This document shows, piece after piece, positions 11,127 to 23,391 of a DNA stretch of 64,000 nt. The DNA is from an uncultured Chloroflexia bacterium (GTDB lineage: Bacteria > Chloroflexota > Limnocylindria > Limnocylindrales > CSP1-4). The stretch is from assembly GCA_963721545.1 (NCBI GenBank), contig CAVRKB010000001.1, positions 38,131-102,130 of the forward strand, read 5' to 3'. The notes under the pieces are model-generated. The model worked only from the letters and a program-made list of their open reading frames with translations. It ran no database searches and was not told the DNA's origin. The translations under genes were made by a program, and so were the position numbers. Position 1 is the first letter of the stretch, and the number at the start of each line of letters is the position of its first letter.

Positions 11127-12030
11127 AGGTCCTCGATCCGGCGTCCGGTCAGCCGCGGGCCGTAGCGCGGGGCCTGGATCCCGCTCAGCTCGAGCAGGCG
11201 CACGACCCTGGCCCGCTGGCCGCGGTACGGCTCGAGCAGCTCGAGCATCCGCGCGTCGGTGCCGCGCGGCTCGCCGGCCAGGGCAAACGCCACCAGGTTC
11301 GGGCAGGTGGAAGTCGCCGACGCTCACCGCGTCGGGGTCGCCGAGCGCCCGGACGCCGACCTCGGCCGCGGTCCACGGCCCGATCCCGGGCACGGCCGTC
11401 AGCCGCGCGTAGGCGCTCGGGCAGCGGCAGGTCGACGATCGCCTCGAACCAGGCCGCGCGCGACGCGACCCGCCGGATGACCTCGGCTCGTCGCTGCTCG
11501 ACGCCGAACGGGTGGTAGGCGTAGTAGGGGAGCGCCGCGAGCGTGGCCGGTGCCGGTCCGCAGGCGGAGCCGCCACTCGGCGCGGGCCCGGGGCGGGCTC
11601 GCCGTGGACGCGGATCAGGCCGGACCACGCTCGATGGGCCTCCTGCCCGGTCACCTTCTGCTCGAGGATGGCCGGGACGAGCGATTCGAGGACGGCCGCG
11701 GTGCGCGGGATGCGGATCCCCGGCGCGCGGCGCGCGAGCTGGCCGACGAGCGGGTGCCCCGGCGGGATCGCCGGGCCGTGCCGCCTCGAGCCCGAGCAGC
11801 GCCGGCACGCCGTCGAGCAGCCGCTCGGCGCCCGGTCCCCAGGCCTCGGCGGCCGGCTCCGCGTCGCGGTGGACGAGGGCGACCGAGGCCGGCCCGTCGG
11901 CCGTTCGGGTGGCCAGCCAGGCGCGGCCGGCGGCGAGGTGGATCGTCGGGTCGCCGCGTCCGCGCGACAGCGGCGCGAGCGTGCGTCGGAGGTCGAGCGG
12001 AGCACGGACGGGGTACCTGCGAGCGTGCAT
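11123..12030 (-). CDS. AlkA-like DNA-3-methyladenine glycosylase 2 family (frameshifts)
   Basis: ESLVPAILEQKVTGQEA, HhH motif LTAVPGIGPWTAAEV..ALGDPDAVSVGDFHLP. Confidence 0.85.
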
Positions 12031-12089
12031 CGGGCCTGATCCTACCCGGACGCGGTCGGTCGCCATCCGTGATAGGGTCCCCGCGAGAC

Positions 12090-12693
12090 GTGCGACGCCC
12101 CAGGATCGTCGCGAGCGTGGCGCTCATCGCCATCCTCGCCACGGTCGCCGTCCCGGGTCCGGTTGGCTCGAGGCTCCCCAGCCCCGCCGCCACGGTGGAC
12201 CCAGACCTCTTCGAAGCGATCGAGGTCGCAGCGCTCGTGCGCGGGACGTCGATGACGATCACGCCCCAGGATCCAGGGGCCCGGTCCGCCGGAAGCCTGG
12301 ATCAAGGCTCGACCCTCGTCGAGCCGACCCTGCGAACCGAGCCCCTCCCGGCTCCGGTTCGACCTGCCCGCGCCGGCCCCGACGGCCGGGTCGGTCAGCC
12401 TGAACCCGTGGCGCCACGACCCCGACATCTCGTGGTTCGGTCCGCACTTCTACGGCAACGGCACCGCCTGCGGCCCGAAGATGACCAGGGAGCTCGTCGG
12501 CGTCGCCCACCGGACGCTGCCGTGCGGGACGCTGGTCACCTTCCGCCACAAGGGCCGGGTGGTCACGGTGCCCGTCGTCGACCGCGGCCCGTACGTGGCC
12601 GGACGGACCTGGGACCTGACCCGCGGCGCGTGCGCGCTGCTCGACCACTGCTTCACCGGCAGCATCGACTGGAAGTTCGCCTCGGGCCGCTGA
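12090..12693 (+). CDS. RlpA-like double-psi beta-barrel protein with N-terminal signal/anchor (frameshifted)
   Basis: ISWFGPHFYGNGTACG, GVAHRTLPCGTLVTF, VPVVDRGPYVAGRTWDLT. Confidence 0.8.
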
Positions 12694-12838
12694 GCCGGAG
12701 CGGTGGTCGCCAAGCCGCCGGGCGGCGCCGCCAGGACGTCGTCTTCGACCATGGTTTCGCCGAAGACGAAACGATTTCGCTTGGTTGGAAGCATTTCTCG
12801 AAATCGATCGCGCGGAGGACGCGTTCCGAGGCGTCAGG

Positions 12839-13271
12839 TCAGGGCTCCGGTGGCTCCCAGCCGGGCGGCGCGAGCTCGAAGCCGTCGAACTCGAAGGCCG
12901 GCGAGACCATGCAGCCGACCAGCGTCCATGCGCCGAGCGAGCGTGCGGCCTGCCACGATCCGGCCGGGACCACGGCCTGCACCACCGAGCCGATCGACAG
13001 GTCCGTGGCGAGGCGATGGACGGTCGTGGCGCCGTCGCCCTCGGTCCAGACGCGCAGCTCGAGCGGATCGCCGGCCGAGATCTGCCAGACCTCGGCCGCG
13101 TCGACGCGATGCCAGTGCGATCGCTCGCCCGCGGCGAGGAGGTACACGATCGCGCTGGCGGAGGGACGCCCACCGGCGACCGACGGGCGCACGCCACGTC
13201 TCGGCGTACCAGCCGCCCTCGGGATGGGCGCGCAGCCCGAGCGCCTCGATGACGTCCGTCGCGGCCGTCAC
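12839..13271 (-). CDS. Cupin_5 (DUF985) protein
   Basis: LGLRAHPEGGWYAETWR, SAIVYLL..SHWHRVDAAEVW, QAVVPAGSWQAAR..LVGCMVSPAFEFDGFEL. Confidence 0.9.
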
Positions 13272-14308
13272 CCGAGGCCGAGCTCCGACCGGAACGACCA
13301 GTCCATGTCGGGCTCGAAGTTGACCTTGATCCGCCTCGCGGGCAACCCTTCGACGATCGAATCGGGGAGCGAGGCAGCCCAGGCATCGATCGCCGGCCGC
13401 ATCGCGTCGGGTGCCTCGGTGACGTAATGGAGGGTTCGGACGCCGGCAGCCGTCGTCCGGCCGACGATAGATGGCGGCGCCGCCGAGGCGCGCGAGGAGG
13501 TCGTCCTCCTCCGCGTTGAGGACCTCGGACTCCGCCTCGTTGGGCATCCGATCGACGCCCAGCAGGATCGCGATCGTCGACGTGATGGTCGGCAAACGGG
13601 TGATCGATCCGCTTGAGCGAAGCGTCGGCGACGATGATCGTGTTCGTTCCGTCCGGACGGGACATCGTCCCGAGGACCCAGTTCGCGTCGCCGCTCGATT
13701 TCGATCGCCCGCCGCTCGACCTCCGCCTTCAGCTCGTCCGGCGTCCGCCCGCCGGTCGGGGCGTCGAGGATGTCGATCTGGCCGACCCAGCGTTCGACGT
13801 CGTCCTCGCCCAGGAGGTTGTCGAGGAACAGGAAGGCGACCTGGAGCTTGACCTGCTGCGGCGCGCCGTCGAAGCCCGGGTGCCATAACCGGACGTCGAC
13901 CCGCTGTCGCTGTTCGTCCCACGAGGTGATCGCCCGCATCGCCGGGAAGTCGAATGACGAAGGGCCGATGGCCACGCCCGACAGCGACGCCGCGGCCTGC
14001 CTCGACGGGTGGTATTCCCATGTCGCATCGACCGGCGGCGCCGCCGCGAGCCAGCGCAGCGCCACCTGGCGGAGCTCCGCGTTCCCTTCCGGCGAGATGC
14101 AGAAGGCGTGCTGGGCCGTGCGCCCGGGGCCCAGCTCCCAGGCCATGGCCGGATGGATCGTGTTGACGGCACGGCCGATGTCCTCGATCAGGCGGTCGTC
14201 GAAGCCGCCGGTCGCGATGGCCGCGGCGACCCGGTCACGATTGCCGGGCCACCAGGCCCAGAAGTCGCCGATGTCGTCAGCCGGCGAGCCGCGTTTCAAG
14301 AACCGCAT
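13268..14308 (-). CDS. Conserved hypothetical protein, DUF695-like C-terminus (frameshifted)
   Basis: FWAWW..IHPAMAWELGPG..AFCISPEGN..FLFLDNLLGE pattern; C-terminal DMDWS. Confidence 0.6.
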   Translation of the reverse strand: MRFLKRGSPADDIGDFWAWWPGNRDRVAAAIATGGFDDRLIEDIGRAVNTIHPAMAWELGPGRTAQHAFCISPEGNAELRQVALRWLAAAPPVDATWEYHPSRQAAASLSGVAIGPSSFDFPAMRAITSWDEQRQRVDVRLWHPGFDGAPQQVKLQVAFLFLDNLLGEDDVERWVGQIDILDAPTGGRTPDELKAEVERRAIEIERRRELGPRDDVPSGRNEHDHRRRRFAQADRSPVCRPSRRRSRSCWASIGCPTRRSPRSSTRRRTTSSRASAAPPSIVGRTTAAGVRTLHYVTEAPDAMRPAIDAWAASLPDSIVEGLPARRIKVNFEPDMDWSFRSELGLG

Positions 14309-14386
14309 CGCTGGGTTCCTCCCTCCGAAGCCGCGTCATCGGGGCGAGGATAGCCCGCCCGCAGGGCGGACGGCAGTCGCCGCGCG

Positions 14387-15283
14387 TCAGCGAGCGAGCT
14401 CGACCAGGCGGCGTGCCGCGGCGACGACCAGGTCCGGCCGGTCGAACTGGATGTTGTGGCCGGCACCCCACGCGATCGTGTAGGTCACGGATCCCGGCGA
14501 CAGCGATTCGATGCCGGCCTGCCGGGCGGCCGCGATGGCGTCGTTCGTCGGCTGGTCGAGGCGCGGCTCGCCGCGCGGCGCCTCGAGGGCCTCGATCGGC
14601 AGGCCGGCCAGCCCGCCTAGCCGGAGCTGCGCCTCGCTGGCCGGCCAATCGAGCGAGTCCGTGGCCGCCACCTGGGCGCGCAGGCCGTCGAGCCGGGCTT
14701 CGTACTCGCCGCGGAGCGGGCCGAGCAGCGGGTGGATCCAGGCCTTCTCGAGGTCCGGCTTGAACGCGTCGACGAGGACGAGCCCGGCGACCTCCGGCCG
14801 GTACGTCCCCGCGAACACGCGGCCGTAGGCCCCGCCGAGCGAATGGCCGACCACGATGAACGGCGGCTGCTCCCCGGCCGCGGCCAGCAGGCGCCGCAGG
14901 TCCGTGGCCGCGTCCCCGAGCGTGTGCCGCTCGCGCGGATCGCTGCGGCCACGTCCGGCGCGGTCGTAGGCGCACGTCCTGGTCGTGGCCGCCAGCTCGT
15001 CGTGGACGGCGACCCAGGTGGAGCTGTCTGCGCCCGAGCCGGCCTCGAGCACGATGGTCGGCGTCCCCGAGCCGCGGCAGTCGAGATACAGCGCCCGCCC
15101 GCCGACGTCGAACCGTTGTCCGCCGGCGAGATACGGCGCGGGCAGCTGGTGGCGGGCGAGCCAGCCGCCGGGCCCGCCGTTGCGCGCGACGTCGATCACG
15201 AGTGCGATGAGCAACCCGACGAGCACGGCGGCCACGACCATCGCGACGAGGGCGGCGGGCCTCGGGGCTCGGGTGGTCGGCAT
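14387..15283 (-). CDS. Membrane-anchored alpha/beta hydrolase
   Basis: N-terminal TM segment; IVLEAGSG, CAYDRAGRGRS, nucleophile elbow VGHSLGG, AGHNIQ. Confidence 0.9.
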   Translation of the reverse strand: MPTTRAPRPAALVAMVVAAVLVGLLIALVIDVARNGGPGGWLARHQLPAPYLAGGQRFDVGGRALYLDCRGSGTPTIVLEAGSGADSSTWVAVHDELAATTRTCAYDRAGRGRSDPRERHTLGDAATDLRRLLAAAGEQPPFIVVGHSLGGAYGRVFAGTYRPEVAGLVLVDAFKPDLEKAWIHPLLGPLRGEYEARLDGLRAQVAATDSLDWPASEAQLRLGGLAGLPIEALEAPRGEPRLDQPTNDAIAAARQAGIESLSPGSVTYTIAWGAGHNIQFDRPDLVVAAARRLVELAR

Positions 15284-15324
15284 CGGCGGTAGCGTACGTC
15301 GCCATCCTTGGGTACCCTCGTCGC

Positions 15325-15583
15325 ATGTGCAGAAGCATCAAGACCCTGCGTCGGGCCGACGAGGCCGCAACGACCGGCGAGCTGGAGGCAGCCGCCCTCC
15401 AGTACGTCCGCAAGATCAGCGGCTTCCGGGCCCCATCGGCGCGCAATACCGAGGCGTTCGAGACCGCGGTCGCGGAGATTGCCGCGCGCCTCGGACCGGC
15501 TGCTCGGCGCGCTCGGCGTCGAGGTCGAGGAAGGCCCCAACCGCTGGACGCCCGGCTCCGGAACCGCTCGCGCCCGGGCCTGA
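15325..15583 (+). CDS. DUF2277 family protein
   Basis: MCRSIKTLR..AAALQYVRKISGFRAPS..N.EAF; a frameshift in the 3' part is needed to reach the stop. Confidence 0.85.
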
Positions 15584-15611
15584 CGCCGCTACCGTCGGCT
15601 ACATTGGGCGC

Positions 15612-16848
15612 GTGGTCCTGACCGCCGCGCCATGGTGGGTTCGCCCCGGCCTCGACATCGACGAGGCCGGCCGGGTGCGCGTGGCCGGGCTCGACGCCGA
15701 GGCGCTAGCGCGCGAATTCGGGACGCCGCTGTTCGTCTATGACCGGCGCCGATTTGCCGAGCACGCACGACGGCTGCAGGCCGCACTGGCCGCCACGGGC
15801 TTCCCGTATCGCGTCCGGTTCGCGCTCAAGGCCAACCCGCTGCCGGAGGTCCTCGAGGTCTTCCGCGCACTCGGCGAGCCCGGGTCGACCGAAGCGATCG
15901 GGATCGATGCCTGCTCACCCGGCGAGGTGGAGCGCGCGCTCGCCAGCGGCTGGCGGCCCGACGAGATCAGCTACACCGGGACGAACGTGTCCGAGCGCGA
16001 CCTCGACGTCATCCTGGCCCACGGCGTCCACGTCAACCTCGACGCGATCAGCCAGATCGAGCGGTTCGGCCGGCGGGCGCCGGGGAGCGCGATCGGGGTC
16101 CGCGTCGATCCCGGGCACCGGCGCCGGGTACAACGAGCACCTCGAATATGCCGGCGACCGGCCGACCAAGTTCGGGATCGACCTCGAGCGGCTCGACGAC
16201 GCGATCGCTGCGGCGCGCCGCCACGACCTCGCGATCGACACGGTCCATTTCCACGCCGGGTCGGGCTGGCTGGCCGACGGGCTCGACGGGTTCGAGCGGG
16301 CGCTCGCGCGGGCGTCGACGCGGTCGGCGTCCTGCGGGCGGCCGGCCACCCGATCGCCGAGGTCAACGTCGGCGGCGGGCTCGGGGCGCCGGCCCGCCAG
16401 GAGGAACGCGCGGTCGATCTCGACGCCTACGCGGCCGTGCTCGCCCGCCACCTCGGACCGCTCGGCGTGACCATCGCGCTGCGAGCCGGGCGACCTGCTG
16501 TCGAAGGACGCGGCGATCCTGCTCGGCGAGGTCGTCAGCGTCGAGGACCGGCGTGGCGTCACGTTCGTCGGCCTCGACGTCGGCTGGAACCTCAACTGCT
16601 CGTACTTCATCTACCGCTTCGCCCAGGAGTTCGTGGTCTGCCGGGCGGCCGGGGCGGACCGGACCGAGCGGGTCACGGTGGCCGGCAACATCAACGAGGC
16701 CGGCGACGTGTTCGCCGAGGACTACCCGATGCCGCCGGTCGAGGAGGGCGACATCGTTGCGATGCTCAACGCCGGGGGCTACCTCCAGGCGATGAGCTCG
16801 ACCCACTGCCTGCGGCCGCTGGCGAAGGCCGTGTTCCTCGACCGTTAG
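15612..16848 (+). CDS. lysA: Diaminopimelate decarboxylase-like PLP enzyme (fold III; frameshifts)
   Basis: FGTPLFVYD, FALKAN (PLP Lys), IDACSPGE, KFGI, HFHAGS, NVGGGLG, EPG, VAGNINEAGDVF, AGGYLQAMSS. Confidence 0.75.
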
Positions 16849-17292
16849 GGCGTCGTCCGGGCCGAGCGGGCCCCAACCCGTCGTGTGCTCGACGGTGATG
16901 GCGATGACCGGGCGCGTCTCGAGGCGGTGCGACCGGTACGGCGGGTACTTCGCGCGGAGGGCCTCGACGACGGTCGCGCGGCCGGCCGCGCCGGGCGCGA
17001 CCAATGCCGCCCGTCCGTCGATGCGGAGCCAGGCGAGCCGTGACCAGTCCTCGTCCCAGCGATCCGCCAGCACGGTCACCCGCGGGTCGGTCTCGATGTC
17101 CCGGACTCGGGCGAGCGCGAGCGGGTCGTCGTCGCGCTTGGGCTTGTCGTCGAGCGGCGTGTACAGGACCGGCGGTTCGGGATCGAGGACGAAGCAGATC
17201 GGGACGAGCCGTGGCCTGCCGTCCGGTCGGATCGTGGCCAGGACGGCGCGCCGCGTTGCGGTGAGGAAGGCCCGCTCGGGCTTGGTCAGCAC
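16845..17292 (-). CDS. PPOX-class probable F420-dependent enzyme (TIGR03668-like)
   Basis: RRAVLATIRPDGRPRLVPICF, D.KPK..L.RVRDIETDPRVTVLADRWDEDWSRLAWLR, LRAKYP.Y; 3' end approximate. Confidence 0.8.
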
Positions 17293-17346
17293 CGGCCCAT
17301 CATGCGCGACCGTCCGCTGCGGCGAACGCCCGTACACTCGTCGCGG

Positions 17347-17990
17347 ATGTCGACTCGACGGTGGCTCGTGCTCGGAGGTGTCGTGGTCGTGGCCCTCGTC
17401 GCGCTCGTGGCGGTGACGGCGCCGCGGCAGGCCGCCGTGCCGTCCGCGTCGCCGGTCGGGTCGAGCGGGCTGCTCCCGCCCGCGACCTCGGTGGCGTCGC
17501 CGTCACCGACGATCGCCGCGTCGGCGTCGGCCTCGGCGACAGCGTCACCTGCCGCGACCAGCCGGCCCGCGACGGCGCCGCCCCGCGCGACCGGCGACCC
17601 CCGCCTCGCCTACGCCGAGTTCCTGCTCCGGGTCAACGACGACCGGACGACGGTCGAGCAACTCAACCAGGACCTGTCGACCGCGGCCCAGGCGCAGAAC
17701 ACGGATGCGGTCCACGCGGCGGCCGTGGCCATCCTCGATTTCGCCGACGGCGAGCGCGACTGGCTGCGCGAGCATCCACCGGCCGATTGCTACGCGGCCG
17801 CCCATGCCGCGGCGACGGCCATGCTCGACGCGTACGCGGCGGCGGCAGACGGGTTCATCCGATGGGCGGCGACCGGTCGGCGGGCTGGCGGGCCTCGCCG
17901 GCCCTCGGCGAGGCGCTCGAGGCCGCGCGAGGTGGCGAGCGACGCGCTGACCGCGTTCGGCCGCGCGCTCGAAGCGACCTCGTGCCGGCT
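17347..17990 (+). CDS. Hypothetical exported protein (N-terminal TM, Ser/Pro/Ala linker, helical domain)
   Basis: MSTRRWLVLGGVVVVALVALV, S/P/A-rich linker; end approximate because of an indel. Confidence 0.6.
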
Positions 17991-18860
17991 GAGCGACGAC
18001 GGCTCGCCGCCCGTCCGGCACGTCACGAGCCGGCGGATCGTCGCCGTCCGCGGCGAGTCGCTCGAGGTCCGCGACGACCGGGTCGTCGGCGAGGAGCCGC
18101 TCGAGATCCGCGCCGCCGGCCCGGGCCAGGAGCCGGTCGCGGTCGCGGTCACGATGCGGACGCCCGGGCACGAGGACGAGCTGGCGGTCGGGTTCCTCCG
18201 GACCGAGGGCCTGCATCGACGGCCCCGAGGTCGCTCGGCTCGAGCGGCGGCGACCCGGCGGCGCTCAGCCAGCCCGACGACACGATCCTCGTCCGGCTGT
18301 CGCGTGCCGTTCGACGCATCGAGGTCGCCGAGCGCCACTTCGTCGCGACGGCGTCGTGCGGGATCTGCGGCAAGGCCTCGATCGACGAGGTCGCGCTCCG
18401 CTGCGAGCCGCTGCCGCGCCGGGCCGGTCGTCGCGCGGGCGGTCATCCTCGCCCTGCCGGACCTGCTGCGCGCCGCCCAGCGCGCGTTCGACGAGACCGG
18501 CGGGCTCCACGCGGCCGGGCTGTTCACGCCCGGCCGGCGAGCTCGTCGCGATCCGCGAGGACGTCGGGCGCCACAACGCGCTCGACAAGCTCGTCGGGTC
18601 GCAGGTGCTGGCCGGGGCGCTGCCGCTCCACGAGCGGATGCTGATGGTCGTCGGGCCGGGTCAGCTTCGAGATCGTCCAGAAGGCCGCCGTCGCCGGCAT
18701 CCCGATCATCGTGCGCGGTGTCGGCGCCGTCGGACCTCGCGATCGAGACCGCGGAGCGGCTCGGCGTGACGCTGGTCGGCTTCCTGCGCGGCGACGGCTT
18801 CAACGTCTACGCGCACGACGGCCGGATCGACCTGCGCGACCTCAGCGGCTCGGCTGGGCG
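17989..18860 (+). CDS. fdhD: Formate dehydrogenase accessory sulfurtransferase (frameshifts)
   Basis: VVGEEPLEIR, TMRTPGHEDELAVGFL.TEG, TASCGICGKASI, TGGLHAAGLF, REDVGRHNALDK, AVSAPSDLAIE. Confidence 0.9.
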
Positions 18861-18891
18861 GCTCGGCCGCGCGACCTCGAGCACGCCGCGG

Positions 18892-19964
18892 TCAGCCGTC
18901 GGCGCGGTTGTTGACGAACTCGAAGCCGAAGCGGCCCTTGATGCAGAGGTGGCCGTCGGTCACCGACGAGTCGAGTCGGCGAGGTGACCTTGACGATCGG
19001 GTCGTCCTGGACGTGGAGCGTCAGCGTGCAGCCGACGCCGCAGTACGGGCAGATCGTGTCGGTCACGCGTCTGGGCCGCCTCGTCCCAGGTGCCGGCCGC
19101 GCGCATGTCGTACTCGGACTTGAACATCAGCGCGCCGGTCGGGCAGACGCCGATGCAGTTGCCGCAGTAGACGCAGGCCGAATCGGGCAGCGGGACGGCC
19201 TACTCGGTCGAGATCCGGGCGTCGAAGCCGCGGCCGGCGACGGCGATGGCGAACGTGTTCTGGGCGTCCTCGCCGCACGCCTCGACGCACTTGTAGCAGA
19301 GGATGCACTTCGCGTAGTCGCGGACGTAGAGGTCGTTGTCGACCTTGACCGGCTGGGCGACGGTCGCGGCCGTCGGCGTCGCCGGCCGGCGGCGTGGTGG
19401 TGGCCGGGCTCGTGCGCGTCGCGCTCGCCGGCGGCCGCCGGCGCGCGCCGGCGGGCCGTAGCGCGCCGGGATCGGCGCCGTAGCGCTCCGGGTAGCGCGG
19501 CGATCGACCCGTCGGGCGCGTCGGCCGGTCAGCGACAGGTCGACCGACGAGCCGAGGAACTCGAGCACCATCTTGCGCGAGAGCCGGACGCGCTCGGAGT
19601 CGGTCTGGACCTCCATGCCGGCCTCGACCTGGCGCGAGCAGGCGGGCACGAGCACGCGCGAGCCGTTGACCTCGACGACGCAGACCCGGCAGACGTTGAC
19701 CGGCGTCAGGTTCTCGAGGTAGCACAGCGTCGGCGTGTCGATGCCCTGCGCCCGGCAGGCGTCGAGGATCGTCGAGCCGGCCGGCACGGTCACGGCCTGG
19801 CCGTCGATGGTGAGCTCGATCGGCGCCGGCGCCTCGCCGGCGGCGGCGTCGGCGGCCGGCTCGGCGCGGGCCGGCGGCGTGAGCAGGATGTCGGTCAGCG
19901 GCTGCGCCCCGGGGTCCTCGCCGCTGTGCGGTGCGAGCGGATCGGGCGCCGGGTCGCGGTCCAT
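18892..19964 (-). CDS. Fe-S subunit of NAD-linked FDH: 2Fe-2S + 2x4Fe-4S + C-terminal Molybdop_Fe4S4 domain (frameshifts)
   Basis: PTLCY..CRVCVVE..PACS; [11 protein letters not shown]; [16 protein letters not shown]; [28 protein letters not shown]. Confidence 0.85.
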
Positions 19965-19979
19965 GCTGAGCCCGTCGCG

Positions 19980-21830
19980 TCACAGCGCCACCATCCCGGG
20001 CTGGCGCAGCGCCGATTCGATCGCCGACGACGCGGTCTGGCCGAGGCCGCAGATCGAGGCGTCGCGCATCGCCTGGCCGATCTCGCGGAGCAGGGCCAGC
20101 TCCTCGTCGCGCGGGCGGACCCGCGAGCCGGCCGCGAGGCGCGCCAGCAGCTCCTCCTGGCGCACGGTGCCGACCCGGCACGGGACGCACTGGCCGCACG
20201 ACTCGTCGCGGAAGAACTGGGCGATCCGGCGGAGCGTGTCGACCAGGTCGGCGGTCTCGTCGAAGACCATGACGACGCCCGAGCCGAGCGTCGCGCCGGT
20301 GGCCCGGGTCCCCTCGAACGTCAGCGGCATGTCGAGCGCGTCGGGCCCGACGAAGACGCCGGCCGCGCCGCCGAGCAGGATCGCCCGGATCGCGCCGGTC
20401 GCCCGGCACGCCGCCGGCCAGCTCGATCAGGTCGCGCAGCGTCGCCCCGAACGCGACCTCGTAGACGCCGGGCCGCGCGACGTTGCCGGACAGGCAGAAC
20501 AGCTTCGGGCCGGTCGAGCCCTCGGTGCCGATCGCGGCGAACGCGTCGCCGCCCTCGAGCACGATGAGCGGCACGTTGGCCAGCGTCTCGACGTTGTTGA
20601 CGACGGTCGGCTTGCCGAAGAGGCCGACCTCGACCGGGAACGGCGGCTTGTTGCGCGGCTCGCCGCGCTTGCCCTCGATCGACTCGAACAGCGCCGTCTC
20701 CTCGCCGCAGATGTAGGCGCCGGCGCCGCGGCGCAGCTCGATGTCGAAGGCGAAGCCCGAGCCGAGGATGTCCGCGCCGAGGAGGCCGGCCTCGCGCGCG
20801 CCGGCGATCGCGGCGGCGATCCGCGCCTCGGCCTCCGGGTACTCGCCGCGGATGTAGAGGTAGCCCTTCGACGCGCCGGTGGCGAACGCGGCGATCGTCA
20901 TCGCCTCGACCGATCGCGAACGGGTCGCCCTCCATCAGGACGCGGTCCTTGAACGTGCCCGGCTCGGACTCGTCGGCGTTGCACACGAGGTAGTGCGGCT
21001 GCGCCGGCTGGGCCGCGACGGCGGCCCACTTGCGCCCGGTCGGGAACGCGGCGCCGCCACGGCCGATCAGCTTGGACGCGGTCACCTCGGCGATGACGGC
21101 CTCGGGGCCGAGCTCGAACGCGCGCGCCAGGGCGAGGTAGCCGCCGTCTCGCCCGGTAGTCGTCGAGCGACGTCGGGTCGACGACGCCGATGCGACCCAG
21201 CAGCCGCGACGACCCGACGGCCGGTGGCTCCGTGGCCGTCCGCCCGCCGGCGCGCGAGCCGGTCTCGAGGGCGCCGGTCACCGCCGACCGCGTCGGTCGG
21301 CGCGATCGCGAAGGTCGCGGCCGTCTCGCCGGCGATCGTGACCAGCGCCGCCGGCGCCCGGTCGCACAGGCCGAGGCACGGGCTGCGCAGCCAGGTCGCG
21401 CGGCCGTCCCGTGCCGGCTCGCCGGCCGGCCCCACGGCCCGCGTCAGGTCGGCGCACAGCTCCTCCGCGCCGGCCAGCCGGCAGGCGATGTCGTCGCAGA
21501 CATGGGCCACGAGCGGTGGCCGCGGGTTCGTCGCGAACAGGGCATAGAACGTCGCCACGCCATAGGCCTCGGCCGGGGCGACGGCCAGTCGGCGGCAGAC
21601 GTAGTTGAGCGCAGGCTGGCTGATCCAGCCGATCCGCGACTGGACGGCATGGAGCGCCGGGATCAGCTGGGAGCGTCTGGCGCGCGTTGCGTGCCCGCCG
21701 CGCGCGGCGTGCCCGTCGACCCGCGAGTCCCGCGCGCCGCCGACCCAGCCCGACTCGGCGGGCCGAGGACCGCATCCACCGCGGCGCGCTCGGCGGGCGA
21801 CGCCAGCGGCCCGATGACGTGCAGATCCAT
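19980..21830 (-). CDS. NuoE+NuoF-like fused NADH-binding subunit (FdsG/B, HoxF-like; frameshifts)
   Basis: [22 protein letters not shown]; [57 protein letters not shown]. Confidence 0.9.
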
Positions 21831-21864
21831 CGCTTCGAGTGTAGGCGCCGCCGGCGGGGAGCGG

Positions 21865-23180
21865 TCAGGCGGTGGGAGTCGCGGCAGCCGTGGCCTGCCG
21901 GCGGGCCAGCGACATGAGCACGCCCGATCCGGAGATGGCGAGGTAGGCGGTGAGTACCGCGACGGCGACCGGCGCGATCTGCAGCGTGCCGATCTGGGTC
22001 GTGAGGGCGCCGATCAGGAGCAGCGAGAACGGGGCGGGGACGAGCGCCGCCGGGAGGGCGGCGAACATCGTCGTGAAGGCGAGGCCCTCCGGCAGGCCAG
22101 GGAGCAGCACGGTGGGCGGTCACCCCGGCCGTGCCGCCGATGAACAGCATGACGAGGAACGGCCCGCCGATGAAGCCGGTGGCCTCACAGACTGCGAACA
22201 CGAGGATCTTCGCGAATACGATCGCGATCAACAGGCCCGCTGCCGAGCGCCGCCCCGTCGTTGATCACCGTCGTGAGCTGATCGGTCCCGGTGAACAATG
22301 TCAGGGGCAGGGCGACGCCGACGAGCCCGAAGACGATCCCGCCGATGACCGGCCGCAGGATCGGGAACTTCGCAAGCGGGGCCGTGAGTCTCTTCATGAG
22401 CGCGATAGCGACGACGGTGATCAGCGCGAGGGCACCGGCCGCGAGACCTAGGGGGATCGCCGCGAGCATGTGCCAATCCTCGTATTGGTAGGGCGGCAGC
22501 GTGTAGATCCCGACGAACGTCGAGCCCGCGATCGGAAAGAACACGGCGAACGCGACCGAGGCGGCCAGAAGACCCCCGACCAGCGTATCGGCGAAGCGGG
22601 CGGCGGTCGGTCGCCCGATCTCGAGCGTGAGGATCGACGCCAGGATCGGAGACGACAACAGGCCGCCGTAGCTCGCGGACATCCCACTGAGCGTGTTCGT
22701 CGCGCGGAGGTCGTCGCTGAGCTTCTGCCGCTCGGAGATCCAGGTCCCCAGCCCGCCGCCCATCTTCCCCAGTGCGTCCTCGGGCCCGAGGCTCGCCCCG
22801 CCACTGAGCGACACCACCGAAACGGCGACCGCTCCCAGCACCATGGACGGCTCGACGCGCCCAGCCTGGATCATGGCGACCGTGCCGGGCACGCGATCTG
22901 GTACTCGAAGAACGTGGCGTAGCAATCCAACGACCAGACCGGCCCCAGCGGTCACCGCCACCCACCAGGGGCTGCCGCCGAACCATCCGAGGTCATCGGG
23001 AAGGCTGAACCAGAGGTTGGTGCCGAACGCCACCACTGTCAGGAACGCCAACGCGGCAAAGGCCAGAACGACGCCGAAGAGGATGGCGTAGCGCACGATC
23101 ACCCAGAACCCGGGTGACTCCATCAAGGCGACTTGATTTGGGCCTGGAGGCGGTTCCCCGCCGGTCGCGCGCGTGCTCAT
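21865..23180 (-). CDS. CLC (EriC) chloride channel family protein (frameshift near 22190)
   Basis: GGASLGPEDA (gating Glu), LSSPILASILTLE, LTLFTG, FIGGPF.VM.FIGG; many TM helices. Confidence 0.85.
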
Positions 23181-23391
23181 CGCATTCCGGACCTCGAGCT
23201 AGGCTTCCGCTTGCCGCGGCGTTGAGCGCTCGATCTGGCTATCCGTGCCGGGCGGCGGCGGCCGCCCGACCGCATTATCGACTGCCGCGCGGCATGGCGA
23301 CGGAACGTCCTCGCCAGGTGCAAACGATGTTGCGCATTTTCCGGCACGCTGACGCTGGGCGCCTCGGGGCGTCGCCCCGGAGGGACCCCGA

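Noticed and set aside
23294-23365. Fluoride-riboswitch-like string (GGCGACGGA..TCGCC..AAACG..GCTGACG) upstream of the CLC gene
   Set aside because: It reads on the plus strand, antisense to the CLC gene, matches the consensus imperfectly, and the CLC lacks CLC-F signature motifs.
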